This document shows positions 9,728 to 19,675 of a stretch of DNA of 64,000 bases, piece after piece; position 1 is the first letter of the stretch, and every line of letters begins with the position of its first letter. Source of the stretch: a virus; the IMG/VR virus record IMGVR_UViG_3300024346_000017, positions 1 through 64,000 of that record; one strand, 5' to 3'. Made by a program: the position numbers and the translations under genes. The notes below the pieces were generated by a model. The model made no database searches. It was not told the origin of the DNA and saw only the letters and a list, made by a program, of their open reading frames with translations.

Positions 9728-10541
9728 CAAAAGACTTTATTTTTTGCATGTACCTAAGACAGCTGGCAAAAGCTTAACATCTGAATTAAAATTGCAGCTT
9801 GACAAAAACAATCTTTCGTCTTATATTAGCACACAGTATCCAAACGACTATCCGATATCTAATGAAATTTATATATCTGGTCATTTTGGTACGTATCCAA
9901 TAGAAAAATTCCCAGGCATATCTGTCTCATGTTTAGTTAGAAACCCAATAGAAGCTAGAGTATCCTATTTTAATTTTATTCATGGGCGAAATGATTTAGA
10001 CACACCAAGGTATAGATCTATAGAAAACTATTTAGATAAACTAAAATATTATTTGTTTGAGGACGAGGGATTTTTAGATCACAATAACTATCAGGCTAGA
10101 CATATATGCAATCCAACCAACGAAGTAGTGTTTCAAAATGTTTTAGAGTTTGAAAAAAATATTGAAGAAATTTATAAGAAGTATAATTTTGAGCCTGGTA
10201 ATGCGTTCAATTGGTTTATTAAAAATGATAACACATCTTTTGAAAATGCAAAAAATAAAATCGAGTCCTTTGATATTGTAAATACAGTAGACTCAATCAG
10301 TACACATTTTGCCTCAATATCTAAATGGTTTAAGGATAATCATGGGGTTAAGGTAGATTTAGATCCAAAAAATATTACAAACTCCTCCAATACATTGTAT
10401 AAGGGCAAGATTTATACCACAAAAGATCTTGTTGAGATGTTAAATAAAGAAGAGAAGGAAAAGATATTAGAGAACAATGACATAGACTACAAAATATATT
10501 CTATGGTTAGGGAAGGGGAAATTAATGAAAAGCAAAGCTGA
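9720..10541 (+). CDS. Sulfotransferase-family protein
   Basis: YFLHVPKTAGKS (5'-PSB loop) and LVRNPIEARVSYF (3'-PB) motifs. Confidence 0.82.
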   Translation: MNNKRLYFLHVPKTAGKSLTSELKLQLDKNNLSSYISTQYPNDYPISNEIYISGHFGTYPIEKFPGISVSCLVRNPIEARVSYFNFIHGRNDLDTPRYRSIENYLDKLKYYLFEDEGFLDHNNYQARHICNPTNEVVFQNVLEFEKNIEEIYKKYNFEPGNAFNWFIKNDNTSFENAKNKIESFDIVNTVDSISTHFASISKWFKDNHGVKVDLDPKNITNSSNTLYKGKIYTTKDLVEMLNKEEKEKILENNDIDYKIYSMVREGEINEKQS

Positions 10542-11676
10542 TCTTGATTTTAATTTTAGCCCAGTATCCTTTTTTGATATAGAGGCATTGACAGAGAGAG
10601 TAAAAAATTTTTCCAAGGAGTGGGAGATTGATACTTCTAGACAAAGCACAGTTTACGAAGGTAGGCCTAACCCACATGTAAATACAAATACATATATTAT
10701 TCAGAACTCTTCACTGTATTGGGAGAGAGGCACCCCGTTTTCAAAAGAGCTTTTAGACAAAGAAACTTATGCATTGCTTGAAGACATTGTAAAGCAATTA
10801 GAAGACAGAATGATAGGACAATCAGCAAGAATACTTTTAATAAAATTAAATGCCAATAGTAAAGTTTTTGTTCATAAGGATAGCGGTGACTACCTGTCTA
10901 ATGTAAGAAGATTCCATATACCATTAATTACAAATGAGAAGGTATCATACACCGTAGGCGGAGAAGAAATACACATGGAGGAAGGTAAGTGTTATGAAAT
11001 AAATAACCTAAAGCTTCATAGCGTAGATAACAATAGCGAATATGACAGAGTTCACCTATTGATAGATATAATGCCAGAGTCTGAGACAAGAACAATTGAT
11101 AACGTCCGCAAAGATCTAAGGGTTAAGGTAATAAATAACTTTGTAGAACAAGAGGATGCAGACATACTTGTAAAGTATATCCAGGATAATCATTTAGACG
11201 ACAAAAGATTTCTTAGAGCACAAAAAGCAGTAGATACTAATAGAGTTAGGTACGAGTCACATATACCAGAAAAGCATGAATTTTCTAGTCACCCAGACAT
11301 AATACATTTATTAAAAAAATATTCCGATAAATTTCTATTTGAGTGTAAGGATTTCTTTAAAGATGAAGAAGATCTTTATTTAGGCGCACAATGGCTTACT
11401 ATGCTGGGTGAGGGAACTAGACTTCCAGCCCATGTAGATAACCATGAAGAAGCCGAGCATTTATTTAGAAGCGGAGTAATGTACTTAAATGATGATTTTG
11501 ACGGAGGGTACTTAAAATTTTTAAATGAAGAACTAACTGTCAAGCCAGAAAAGCTAAGCATTGTAATTTTTGAAGCTACACAATTGCATCAAATAACACC
11601 AGTCTTGTCTGGTATAAGAATTGCAATGCCCATCTGGGCAACAAATATAAAAGAAAAGGGGATAACACATGGATAA
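10525..11676 (+). CDS. Two-domain 2OG-Fe(II) oxygenase: Asp/Asn beta-hydroxylase-like plus prolyl-4-hydroxylase-like
   Basis: HKD...RFHIPL...HSVDN...RVHLLID; then HVD...YLNDDFDGG...H...R. Confidence 0.85.
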   Translation: MKSKADLDFNFSPVSFFDIEALTERVKNFSKEWEIDTSRQSTVYEGRPNPHVNTNTYIIQNSSLYWERGTPFSKELLDKETYALLEDIVKQLEDRMIGQSARILLIKLNANSKVFVHKDSGDYLSNVRRFHIPLITNEKVSYTVGGEEIHMEEGKCYEINNLKLHSVDNNSEYDRVHLLIDIMPESETRTIDNVRKDLRVKVINNFVEQEDADILVKYIQDNHLDDKRFLRAQKAVDTNRVRYESHIPEKHEFSSHPDIIHLLKKYSDKFLFECKDFFKDEEDLYLGAQWLTMLGEGTRLPAHVDNHEEAEHLFRSGVMYLNDDFDGGYLKFLNEELTVKPEKLSIVIFEATQLHQITPVLSGIRIAMPIWATNIKEKGITHG

Positions 11677-12328
11677 ATTAAAAACAATTGAAGGCTTTAT
11701 AGAAAAAGAGGATATAGATTTTTTTATAAACTGGATAGATGAAAACTATGAAGATACAACTAAGTTTAGACAAAGACTTGGCGTAGCTTTTAACAAAGGT
11801 CTTGCGAGTAGAGCGGTATTCCCAGACGAAAAGCCAGCTACTTTGTTTAAAGATATAGAAGAAATTTGCATGAAGTACGCAAATAAATTTATGGATGCAC
11901 AGAATGAGTTCCTTCCATCAGATGAAACTCAATATTTTTATGGGTTTTCATTGACAAGACTTACCAAAGACATACAGCTAAGAATTCACCAAGATGTGCA
12001 CGGGGACTTCCCGTCTTTATCTTATAGTGGAGTTTTATACCTTAATGATGATTATGAAGGCGGAGATGCCACTTTCCTTGAAGAGTTTACTCCAGAATCA
12101 TTTTTTCCACTTTATGAAGACTCAATGGGAGGCCTTTCTTTTAAGCCAAAGGCTGGGGATCTATCTTTATTCCCATCAAGCCTATGGCATGGAGGGAAAA
12201 GAATTACAGACGGCGTTAAGTACGCAATAATTTTTTGGGCCACATCAGATGAGACAAAAGGTTTCGAAGGATTTGATTCTGATCGTGTTCTAGAATTAAT
12301 TAATTATAAGCCAGTAGCAGCAGAATAA
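11669..12328 (+). CDS. 2OG-Fe(II) oxygenase (P4H-like)
   Basis: HQD...YLNDDYEGG...WHGG...K. Confidence 0.88.
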   Translation: MDKLKTIEGFIEKEDIDFFINWIDENYEDTTKFRQRLGVAFNKGLASRAVFPDEKPATLFKDIEEICMKYANKFMDAQNEFLPSDETQYFYGFSLTRLTKDIQLRIHQDVHGDFPSLSYSGVLYLNDDYEGGDATFLEEFTPESFFPLYEDSMGGLSFKPKAGDLSLFPSSLWHGGKRITDGVKYAIIFWATSDETKGFEGFDSDRVLELINYKPVAAE

Positions 12329-12331
12329 CTA

Positions 12332-12360
12332 TTGACGTACCATCTGTGAAATAGTATACT
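12332..12360 (+). promoter_or_regulatory. SigA-type promoter for the tRNA pair and ahpCD
   Basis: TTGACG-17-TATACT. Confidence 0.8.
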
Positions 12361-12369
12361 TAACTTAAG

Positions 12370-12442
12370 TGTCCCATAGCTCAGTTGGTAGAGCGTCGAA
12401 CTGTTAATTCGAATGTCCCTGGATCGAGGCCAGGTGGGACAG
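12370..12442 (+). tRNA. tRNA-Asn(GUU), atypical T-loop (ATCGAGG)
   Basis: TGTCCCA/TGGGACA acceptor; TCGAA-CTGTTAA-TTCGA anticodon arm. Confidence 0.88.
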
Positions 12443-12443
12443 C

Positions 12444-12516
12444 GTTCTTATAGCTCAGTCGGTAGAGCAGCAGACTTTTAATCTGCGGGTCGATGGTTCG
12501 AGCCCATCTGGGGACA
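12444..12516 (+). tRNA. tRNA-Lys(UUU)
   Basis: GCAGA-CTTTTAA-TCTGC anticodon arm; GATGG-TTCGAGC-CCATC T arm; GU-rich acceptor. Confidence 0.88.
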
Positions 12517-12546
12517 CACGTGTAAGATAAACTATATAGGAGAAAA

Positions 12547-13083
12547 ATGAAAACAGTAGGAGATAAGTTAGGAACGTTTGCAGTTACTGGTGTAAAGCCA
12601 GGCGCTTTAAGCTATGAAGATAGCTCATTTGAAGTACTAAATCAAGACTCTTTCCCTGGTAAATGGAAGATTATTGCTTTTTACCCAAAAGATTTTACAT
12701 TTGTGTGCCCAACAGAAATTGTTGCATATGATGCATTGGTAAATGATTTTAATGACAGAGACGCTGTCTTGATGACTGGTTCAGTAGATAATGAATTTTG
12801 TAAGATTGCATGGCGTAACGCACATGATGATTTACGCAAAACTAACTCTTGGTCATTTGCAGATACAGGCCACCAGTTAGCAAACGATCTTGGCGTACAT
12901 CACCCATCTGGAGTTACATACCGTGCCACATTTATTGTTGACCCAGACAATACAATTCAGCATGTTACTGTAAACAACTTAGATGTAGGAAGAAACCCAG
13001 ATGAAACTCTTCGTGTACTAGATGCACTTCAAACAGGGGAGCTATGTGCCTGTAACAGATCTTTGGGCGGAGAAACTCTATAA
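12547..13083 (+). CDS. ahpC: Alkyl hydroperoxide reductase C (peroxiredoxin), actinobacterial type
   Basis: FYPKDFTFVCPTEI; GRNPDETLRVLDALQTGELCAC. Confidence 0.96.
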   Translation: MKTVGDKLGTFAVTGVKPGALSYEDSSFEVLNQDSFPGKWKIIAFYPKDFTFVCPTEIVAYDALVNDFNDRDAVLMTGSVDNEFCKIAWRNAHDDLRKTNSWSFADTGHQLANDLGVHHPSGVTYRATFIVDPDNTIQHVTVNNLDVGRNPDETLRVLDALQTGELCACNRSLGGETL

Positions 13084-13595
13084 TGACATGGGTGGACCAG
13101 CTTAAGGATTCTCTTCCAGAATATGCTAAAGACATTAAGTTAAATCTTGATGCTGTAATCAATAGATCATCTATAGATGCAGAGCATGCTACGTATATTT
13201 CAATAGCAGCAGCATTTGCAACAGGCAACGGTAAACTGCTTGCCTTTATTACTGCTAATGCAAACGATGAAGTTGAAAAAAATGCTGCCCTTACTGCTGG
13301 TGCCATCATGGCACAGAATAACGTTTGGTATCCATTTATTGAAATGGCTGATGACGTAAACTTAAAGGGGTTACCAGCTCAATTAAGAATGAATGCTATT
13401 ACTTCTCATGGCGGGACTACAAAAGGTAAGTTTGAAGCCTATTCATTAGCTTCATCTATTGTTGGTAAGTGTCACTTTTGTGTTAAAGCACATTATGAAA
13501 CATTAAAAGAAGAAGGCTATAGTGTAGAGCAGTTGCGTGATATCGGAAGAATTGCAGCAACAATAAATGCATTGGCAAAGATACTTTCAGCATGA
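13083..13595 (+). CDS. ahpD: Alkyl hydroperoxidase D
   Basis: LPEYAKDIKLNL, MAQNNVWY, GKCHFCVKAH; adjacent to ahpC. Confidence 0.94.
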   Translation: MTWVDQLKDSLPEYAKDIKLNLDAVINRSSIDAEHATYISIAAAFATGNGKLLAFITANANDEVEKNAALTAGAIMAQNNVWYPFIEMADDVNLKGLPAQLRMNAITSHGGTTKGKFEAYSLASSIVGKCHFCVKAHYETLKEEGYSVEQLRDIGRIAATINALAKILSA

Positions 13596-14062
13596 TCAAA
13601 AGGCCTGCTTGGATATTTGACGTAGATGGTACATTGGTTGATGTTGATCCAATACTTCACCATATACTAAATCAAAACAGGTCAAGCGAGTCATTTAAAA
13701 AAAACTACGATACTTTTCATAAAGAATCTGTAAACTGTGATCCACATAAAGATGTAGTCGATATGGTATGGCAAGTATGTAATGATTTAGATATAATTAT
13801 AGTTACTGCTCGAAAAGAAAAATACAGGGCACTAACTGCTAGATGGCTAAAGAATAACGATGTGCCGCATGATGCTTTATTTATGAGGCAAGATGACGAC
13901 AATAGAGAAGACTACGAGGTCAAAAAAGATATACTTGAGCAGATAGAAGTTTATTGGGATATAAAACATGCAGTAGACGATAACCCAAGCATCATTGGGT
14001 TATGGGAAGAAAATGGAATTCCAACCACTAAAATAGGAACATGGGACGGGGTTAAAAGATGA
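13592..14062 (+). CDS. HAD phosphatase (polynucleotide 3'-phosphatase-like domain)
   Basis: IFDVDGTL, VTAR, LFMR...D..VK, VDDNP. Confidence 0.85.
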   Translation: MIKRPAWIFDVDGTLVDVDPILHHILNQNRSSESFKKNYDTFHKESVNCDPHKDVVDMVWQVCNDLDIIIVTARKEKYRALTARWLKNNDVPHDALFMRQDDDNREDYEVKKDILEQIEVYWDIKHAVDDNPSIIGLWEENGIPTTKIGTWDGVKR

Positions 14063-14604
14063 TAATTGGTTTATCTGGATATGCTAGATCTGGTAAAGAT
14101 ACAGCTGCAGACAGGTTGGTAGAGCAGCACATGTTTACACGGTATTCGTTTGCTGCACCGATGAAAGAGGCAATGTACAATCTTAATCCAATAGTTCATT
14201 CAGACAGCATAGGTAATTTTAGATATAAAGATTTAGTAGATACTTACGGTTTAGATGTCGCTAAAGAAAATACTCCAGAAATACGCAGGCTTCTTCAGGT
14301 GTTTGGTACAGAAGTCGGAAGAGATATGTTTGGCATTAACTTTTGGGTCGACCTTGCCTTAAATAGTATTAAAGAAGACAATGCAGTCATAAGTGATGTA
14401 AGGTTTAAAAATGAAGCAGATGCAATAAAATCAATTGGCGGCCAGGTATGGAGAATAAATAGAAATGGTGTTGGTCCAGTAACAAATCATTCTTCTGAGC
14501 TAGATCTAGACAACTATAACTTTGATTATATCATTGATAATGATTATAGTGTGGTAGACTTAAATGATGTAGTTGATATGTTATGGGAGAAAAATAATGT
14601 TTAA
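14059..14604 (+). CDS. Deoxynucleoside monophosphate kinase
   Basis: IIGLSGYARSGKDT, SFAAPMK, RRLLQVFGTEVGR, ISDVRFKNE, HSSE. Confidence 0.92.
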   Translation: MIIGLSGYARSGKDTAADRLVEQHMFTRYSFAAPMKEAMYNLNPIVHSDSIGNFRYKDLVDTYGLDVAKENTPEIRRLLQVFGTEVGRDMFGINFWVDLALNSIKEDNAVISDVRFKNEADAIKSIGGQVWRINRNGVGPVTNHSSELDLDNYNFDYIIDNDYSVVDLNDVVDMLWEKNNV

Positions 14605-14717
14605 TTGGATAATATGTTTTGTAATAGGACATAATATAGTAAAAGCTGGTGCATGTCCATTTACTGGGAAAAATTATGATTTATGCAAGAGATGTACACA
14701 AATGTTTGAGGTGAACG

Positions 14718-15293
14718 ATGTCAAATATAGCTAACAAGCATAACGGTATATGGGAATGGCACAATGTTTTAGAAAACCCAATGGAGATGGTTGAAACTAT
14801 TGATAAAACTAAATGGGAATACTATACCAATAAAGGCGGGGGAGAAACGGTAATTGGTAGAGGTGCATCGCTACATAATGGTAGTGAAGCTCATAAAAAA
14901 GCAATGAAAGCTTTTTCTGATTGCATTTTAGAGTATTCCAAATCAAATTCTTTGAGCTTTGATAATGAAAATATAGGTGACTGGCTTTTAGTTAGAGAGT
15001 ATAACACTGGTTCTCGAATGTCAGCTCATAACGATGCATATAGTTATGTTAAAAAAGATGGGCAGCACGTCCGACCATCCTTAACTGCCATACTTTACAT
15101 CAATGATGAATATACAGGTGGCGAAATTGATTTTGTACATGACGGTATATGCATTAAGCCGCAAGCGGGATCCATGGTAGTTTTCCCTAGTGATAAACAG
15201 CATGAAGTGTTAGAAATCCTAAGTGGAGATAGATACATGACTCAAACATATGTCTATGAAAACCCACTTTCTTTTTATGATAAACCATACTAA
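14718..15293 (+). CDS. 2OG-Fe(II) oxygenase (P4H-like)
   Basis: HND...YINDEYTGG...HEV...R. Confidence 0.88.
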   Translation: MSNIANKHNGIWEWHNVLENPMEMVETIDKTKWEYYTNKGGGETVIGRGASLHNGSEAHKKAMKAFSDCILEYSKSNSLSFDNENIGDWLLVREYNTGSRMSAHNDAYSYVKKDGQHVRPSLTAILYINDEYTGGEIDFVHDGICIKPQAGSMVVFPSDKQHEVLEILSGDRYMTQTYVYENPLSFYDKPY

Positions 15294-15439
15294 ATCTGAT
15301 ATAATATATATATGAACACTAATATTCCTCCATGTTTTTATTGCCCAGAAGATAGCAAATATTCTGAGCCAGAGCCAAAAACTGGCACAGTAATAGATGT
15401 ATGCGATAAACATTTTCATTTAAAGTACATGGGATAGTT

Positions 15440-15673
15440 GTGGCTTACAGCAGGTTCTGGGATAGCGATATATATATCTATCCTCATGTAGAAGGACATA
15501 TTTGTTGTGCCGCATGTTGGCTTTCAGAAGAAGCAAAATCAGAAATAATTGAAGATGATGAGAGCCTATTCCTTCACCTACATGAGCACTTTAAGGCGGG
15601 CCACGACATACCAGAGATGCTTTACTATGAAATTATAATGGACGAAGATAGATATAAGCCATTGACAGATTAA
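15440..15673 (+). CDS. Hypothetical protein
   Basis: ORF with Cys/His motif. Confidence 0.6.
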   Translation: MAYSRFWDSDIYIYPHVEGHICCAACWLSEEAKSEIIEDDESLFLHLHEHFKAGHDIPEMLYYEIIMDEDRYKPLTD

Positions 15674-15730
15674 CCAATAAATAGTATTATATAGATATAG
15701 GGCAACTTTGCCATGAAAAAGGAGATTATT

Positions 15731-16192
15731 ATGTCAGTGTATGATTATAGCTTTACAGATAACAACGATAACAACGTTGATCTGTCACAATTTAAGGATC
15801 ATGTTTTATTGTTGGTCAACGTTGCCAGCAATTGTGGTTTTACCAGTCACTATGAAGGACTACAGTCTCTTAGCAAGAAGTATGCAGATAAAGGTCTCGT
15901 AGTTATTGGGTTTCCATGCAACCAATTTAATGCTCAGGAGCCTGGAACAGATGCAGAAATTAAAGAATTCTGTCAGGCAAATTATGGCATAGACTTCTTA
16001 ATGTCAAAGAAAATTGAAGTAAATGGAGATGATGCACACCCATTGTTTAAGTATCTAGTCTCTGAGTGTGATGTTGACAGCGTTCCATGGAACTTTACGA
16101 AGTTTCTTGTTAATGAAGATGAAATTGTACTGATGGCTCCTCACACCACGCCAGAAGAAATTGATGTTGCTTTACTGAAGATATTAAATTAG
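15731..16192 (+). CDS. Glutathione peroxidase-family peroxidase (Cys-type); ORF track start 15713
   Basis: VNVASNCG, GFPCNQF, VPWNFTKFLV; AAGGAG RBS before ATG 15731. Confidence 0.93.
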   Translation: MSVYDYSFTDNNDNNVDLSQFKDHVLLLVNVASNCGFTSHYEGLQSLSKKYADKGLVVIGFPCNQFNAQEPGTDAEIKEFCQANYGIDFLMSKKIEVNGDDAHPLFKYLVSECDVDSVPWNFTKFLVNEDEIVLMAPHTTPEEIDVALLKILN

Positions 16193-16199
16193 GCCTTAA

Positions 16200-16832
16200 T
16201 TGTCTAAAAATACAATACAGTATGAATCTTTTAGCGGTAACCCACTTTTGCCAGCTAAAAATTTTATTCCAGAATGGTACAAGAATAGCACATCTAAAAC
16301 TTTAAAAAAATGTGTTCCCTTTTTAGATGCATTAATGTCTGGATATATTGTAACGGTACCAAATGACTTGCATGTTAGCCTTAATAATGGAGTAGCAGAA
16401 ATAAAATTAGCGGATGGAACAATATATAAAGGGTCTTCTAGGGATGCTCAAAGCATCAATATAATACCTTTTAATCATTATGATACAGAGTTTGCATGGG
16501 ATCTTTCTATTGCTATACATATTCCCGCAGGGGCAAGCATACTGTTTACTCATCCATTAAATAGGCATGACCTTCCGTTTACAACATTAAGCGGTATAAT
16601 AGATGGAGAGTTTACAATAGTTCCACATGGAGCAATACCGTTTTACATACAAAAAGGATTTAAAGGAATAATAAAAGCTGGTACTCCAGTAGCACAAATA
16701 ATTCCTTTTAATAGAGATTTATGGAAAGCAGAAACAGAGGTGGGACTTTTTGAGGGTTCTAAAAAGCACCGCAGATCATTTCCAGCAGATTGGTACAAAA
16801 AAAGCTCATGGAAAAGGAAAAGTTATGATTAA
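16200..16832 (+). CDS. DUF6065-like / dUTPase-fold protein of the kind found next to 2OG oxygenases
   Basis: PEWYK...KKCVPFLDALMSGY...HPLNR...LSGIID...IKAGTPVAQIIPF. Confidence 0.6.
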   Translation: MSKNTIQYESFSGNPLLPAKNFIPEWYKNSTSKTLKKCVPFLDALMSGYIVTVPNDLHVSLNNGVAEIKLADGTIYKGSSRDAQSINIIPFNHYDTEFAWDLSIAIHIPAGASILFTHPLNRHDLPFTTLSGIIDGEFTIVPHGAIPFYIQKGFKGIIKAGTPVAQIIPFNRDLWKAETEVGLFEGSKKHRRSFPADWYKKSSWKRKSYD

Positions 16833-16853
16833 AAATAAGAAAGGTTTAACCAA

Positions 16854-17519
16854 ATGAATGCCATAAAGATGTCAGACGAGGTTTGGTATTTTGAGGATGC
16901 GATAGACAATCCTGACGAAATTTTAGAATCTATTACTGATTGGAGACCTAATCCAAATCAAGACTATATGGTAACTTCTCAGATAACCACAAGAGACTAC
17001 TTGGAAATGACAGACGACGCAATTTTTAAGTGTTTGGATATATGGTATAGGAATCATTTAAATTTAGATTCATCAAAGCATAAGGTTGCAAAAAACACTT
17101 TTCTTTACAAAAGAGGAGCTGGCGGAGGATATGGGCCACATACAGATTTTATTGGAATGCATGATGGAACATACGAACAAGTTACAGCTACAATCCTTGC
17201 TTACCTATGCGACGAAGAGGGGTTTGAAGGAGGAGAAATATTTTTCCCAGACTACGATGTTACAATTAAACCTAAAAAAGGAAGTGTTGTAATCTTCGGA
17301 AGAAAAGTAAGGCATGGAGTTAATGATGTTATCTCTGGAGAAAGAGCCATAGCGAGTGTATTTTTGGTTAAAGATCAATACTTTTATAAAGACATGTACG
17401 CAGCTGATCCAAAAAATCCTACAGAAGAAGAAAGAAGAGCATTTAGACTTCAAGTGCCACAGTATGAACAAAAGAATGCCAATGAGGATGTATCTAAATT
17501 TGTTGATGATGAGGATTAA
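16854..17519 (+). CDS. 2OG-Fe(II) oxygenase (P4H-like)
   Basis: HTD...FEGGEIFFP...HGV...R. Confidence 0.88.
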   Translation: MNAIKMSDEVWYFEDAIDNPDEILESITDWRPNPNQDYMVTSQITTRDYLEMTDDAIFKCLDIWYRNHLNLDSSKHKVAKNTFLYKRGAGGGYGPHTDFIGMHDGTYEQVTATILAYLCDEEGFEGGEIFFPDYDVTIKPKKGSVVIFGRKVRHGVNDVISGERAIASVFLVKDQYFYKDMYAADPKNPTEEERRAFRLQVPQYEQKNANEDVSKFVDDED

Positions 17520-17522
17520 GAT

Positions 17523-17807
17523 ATGATTGATTGGTTAGTTAATCGTATATTTAGATGGGATACACTAAGGCATGCAGTATTTGATGAAGTAATGCTTTAT
17601 CAATCTGTAGACAGATCAATATGGGAGCATTCAAAATATGGCCCAATGAATCTTACCTGGTCGGAAGGCGATACTTGGTATGGTTGGACTTATAATGAAT
17701 CTAATAAGAAATACTATTTTGATGATATTGGAAATACATCCTTGATGGGCTTATGGGAAGATCAATGGATGAGAGAAGCAGAAGGCCTAGAAGATACTAG
17801 GGTATAA
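17523..17807 (+). CDS. Trp-rich hypothetical protein
   Basis: ORF with GAGG RBS. Confidence 0.65.
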   Translation: MIDWLVNRIFRWDTLRHAVFDEVMLYQSVDRSIWEHSKYGPMNLTWSEGDTWYGWTYNESNKKYYFDDIGNTSLMGLWEDQWMREAEGLEDTRV

Positions 17808-17945
17808 TAGTTATCTAAGAGAAAAAGGAAGAAAAACAATGGGCATACTAGATAACCTTGAGGCATACATAGACTTAGATCTATTAGGCAATCTTGATAT
17901 GAGAGAAGATATAGATATATTTGAGACCCAGAAGGATTTTGAGTA

Positions 17946-18176
17946 ATGTATTGGTCATATATCCTAGCAGTCATTGGAGTCACAGGCATATTCTTTGTTG
18001 GTCGAAAGACAATATGGGGATGGCATATCCTATTGGTTAATGAGGCTTTGTGGATTACGTATGCAATTATAACAAAACAATATGGGTTTATATTATCAGC
18101 AATAGCATATGCAGCAGTCTATGTTAGGTCTTATATACACTGGTCTAAAGAGCCAGTAAATGAGATACACTTATAA
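17946..18176 (+). CDS. Small PnuC-like membrane protein
   Basis: Three TM segments; GW...NEALW...YG...YIHW. Confidence 0.55.
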   Translation: MYWSYILAVIGVTGIFFVGRKTIWGWHILLVNEALWITYAIITKQYGFILSAIAYAAVYVRSYIHWSKEPVNEIHL

Positions 18177-18716
18177 ATGAATAAATTTAATGTTGTAGAA
18201 AAAATAGGCTCAGCTGCAATGCATATCTCTAATTGCTTAGACGATCCGCAAAACATTGTATCTATCCTAAATTCGAAAGTCTGGGAAGATGACTTAGACC
18301 CAATTGCAGTAGGGCCTTTGTGCTTTGTACACAATGAAGAGCCAGCTTATAAAGAGATAGATGAAGCTATGATGCAGGCTGCAAGCATATTCTTATCTAG
18401 TACTGGTAGAGATATATCAGATTACAAAAAAACAGATAATTTTTATAGAATAGCTAAATGGCAAGAAGGCAAGAGCATATACCCTCACAAGGACACGTTT
18501 GTGTCTGAAACTGGCGAGAATCAAGCAGTAGTGAGTTTAGTTATGTATTTAACCGACAAGTATGAAGGCGGTATACTAACACTAACTCAATTTGAAAAAG
18601 AAATAAGGACCAAAGCTGGAGATATATTAGTGTTTAACTCTGACACATATCATGAGATCAGCACTCATTTGGGCGGGGAAAGAATAACCGCTAGAATATT
18701 CCTTTACAATAAGTAG
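18177..18716 (+). CDS. 2OG-Fe(II) oxygenase (tandem paralog A)
   Basis: HKD...YLTDKYEGG...HEI...R. Confidence 0.87.
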   Translation: MNKFNVVEKIGSAAMHISNCLDDPQNIVSILNSKVWEDDLDPIAVGPLCFVHNEEPAYKEIDEAMMQAASIFLSSTGRDISDYKKTDNFYRIAKWQEGKSIYPHKDTFVSETGENQAVVSLVMYLTDKYEGGILTLTQFEKEIRTKAGDILVFNSDTYHEISTHLGGERITARIFLYNK

Positions 18717-18734
18717 CTGAGGTATACTTATATC

Positions 18735-19322
18735 ATGAGTAAATTTAATATTGTCGAAAAGGCAGGCTCTTCTTTGATGCACATATCCAAATGTTTAGAT
18801 GATCCTGAGAAAATTGTATCTTCTTTAAAAGATAAAGAATGGAAAGAAGATCGTGCAGATGAAGGCAAGATTGGCCCATTTTGTTTTATTAGAGAGCCAG
18901 AGCGAGAGTATTATCAGATCTTAGATTCCTTTATGCAGGCGGCAGAAATATTTTTATCTAGCACTAATAGAGATATTGTAGATTACGAGAAAACAAATAA
19001 ATTTCATAGAGTTGTTAGCTGGGAAGTATCTCCTAGTACTTTGGTACAACATCAAGACAGGTGGGTTACAAAAGGAGAACAGGTAACCCCAGAGATAAGT
19101 TTAAGTATGTATTTGACGGATGACTACGAGGGCGGGGAATTATCATTCAGTACATTTGGCAAAAAAATCAAGCCTTCAGCTGGGGATATAGTAGTCTTTG
19201 ACTCTAATACTTTACATGGGACTGAGACATATTTAGGCGGAAGAAGAATGACTATTCAATGTTTTCTATTTAAAAAAGAAGGAGGAACTAATGACAAAGA
19301 AGAAGATAAAGCTTCCGCTTAA
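18735..19322 (+). CDS. 2OG-Fe(II) oxygenase (tandem paralog B)
   Basis: HQD...YLTDDYEGG...HGT...R. Confidence 0.87.
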   Translation: MSKFNIVEKAGSSLMHISKCLDDPEKIVSSLKDKEWKEDRADEGKIGPFCFIREPEREYYQILDSFMQAAEIFLSSTNRDIVDYEKTNKFHRVVSWEVSPSTLVQHQDRWVTKGEQVTPEISLSMYLTDDYEGGELSFSTFGKKIKPSAGDIVVFDSNTLHGTETYLGGRRMTIQCFLFKKEGGTNDKEEDKASA

Positions 19323-19397
19323 ATGGTGGAAGAACCCAATTGCATATGTAAAGTTTAATAGATCAATGAAGAAGCTAAAGAAGGCTCTATAAGCCTT

Positions 19398-19468
19398 TTC
19401 AGGTTCCTATAATGGTCGTAGAGCGGTTTCCGAAACCGACAATGAAGGTCCGATTCCTTCACCTGAAG
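19398..19468 (+). tRNA. tRNA-Arg(CCG), atypical D arm and T-loop
   Basis: TTCAGGT/ACCTGAA acceptor; CGGT-TTCCGAA-ACCG; GAAGG-TCCGATT-CCTTC. Confidence 0.7.
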
Positions 19469-19675
19469 CATGAGTAAGCACTGGGAAGATAAGTCCCAAT
19501 GGATCACACACTGCCCTATATGCTTCTGTGCGGTCACACACCAGCTATATGACTTTCATATGCAATATCATGAGAATCAGGCGGGCAAAAAGGCTATTGA
19601 CTAGCCCACCAATATATAGTACACTTAGAGTATATACAGGGTCAGGCGGACAATGTATCTAACCAAAGGATTAAT

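Noticed and set aside
15731-16192. Selenocysteine or stop-codon recoding
   Set aside because: The Gpx active site is Cys (TGT); long genes read intact in the standard code and no suppressor tRNA was seen.
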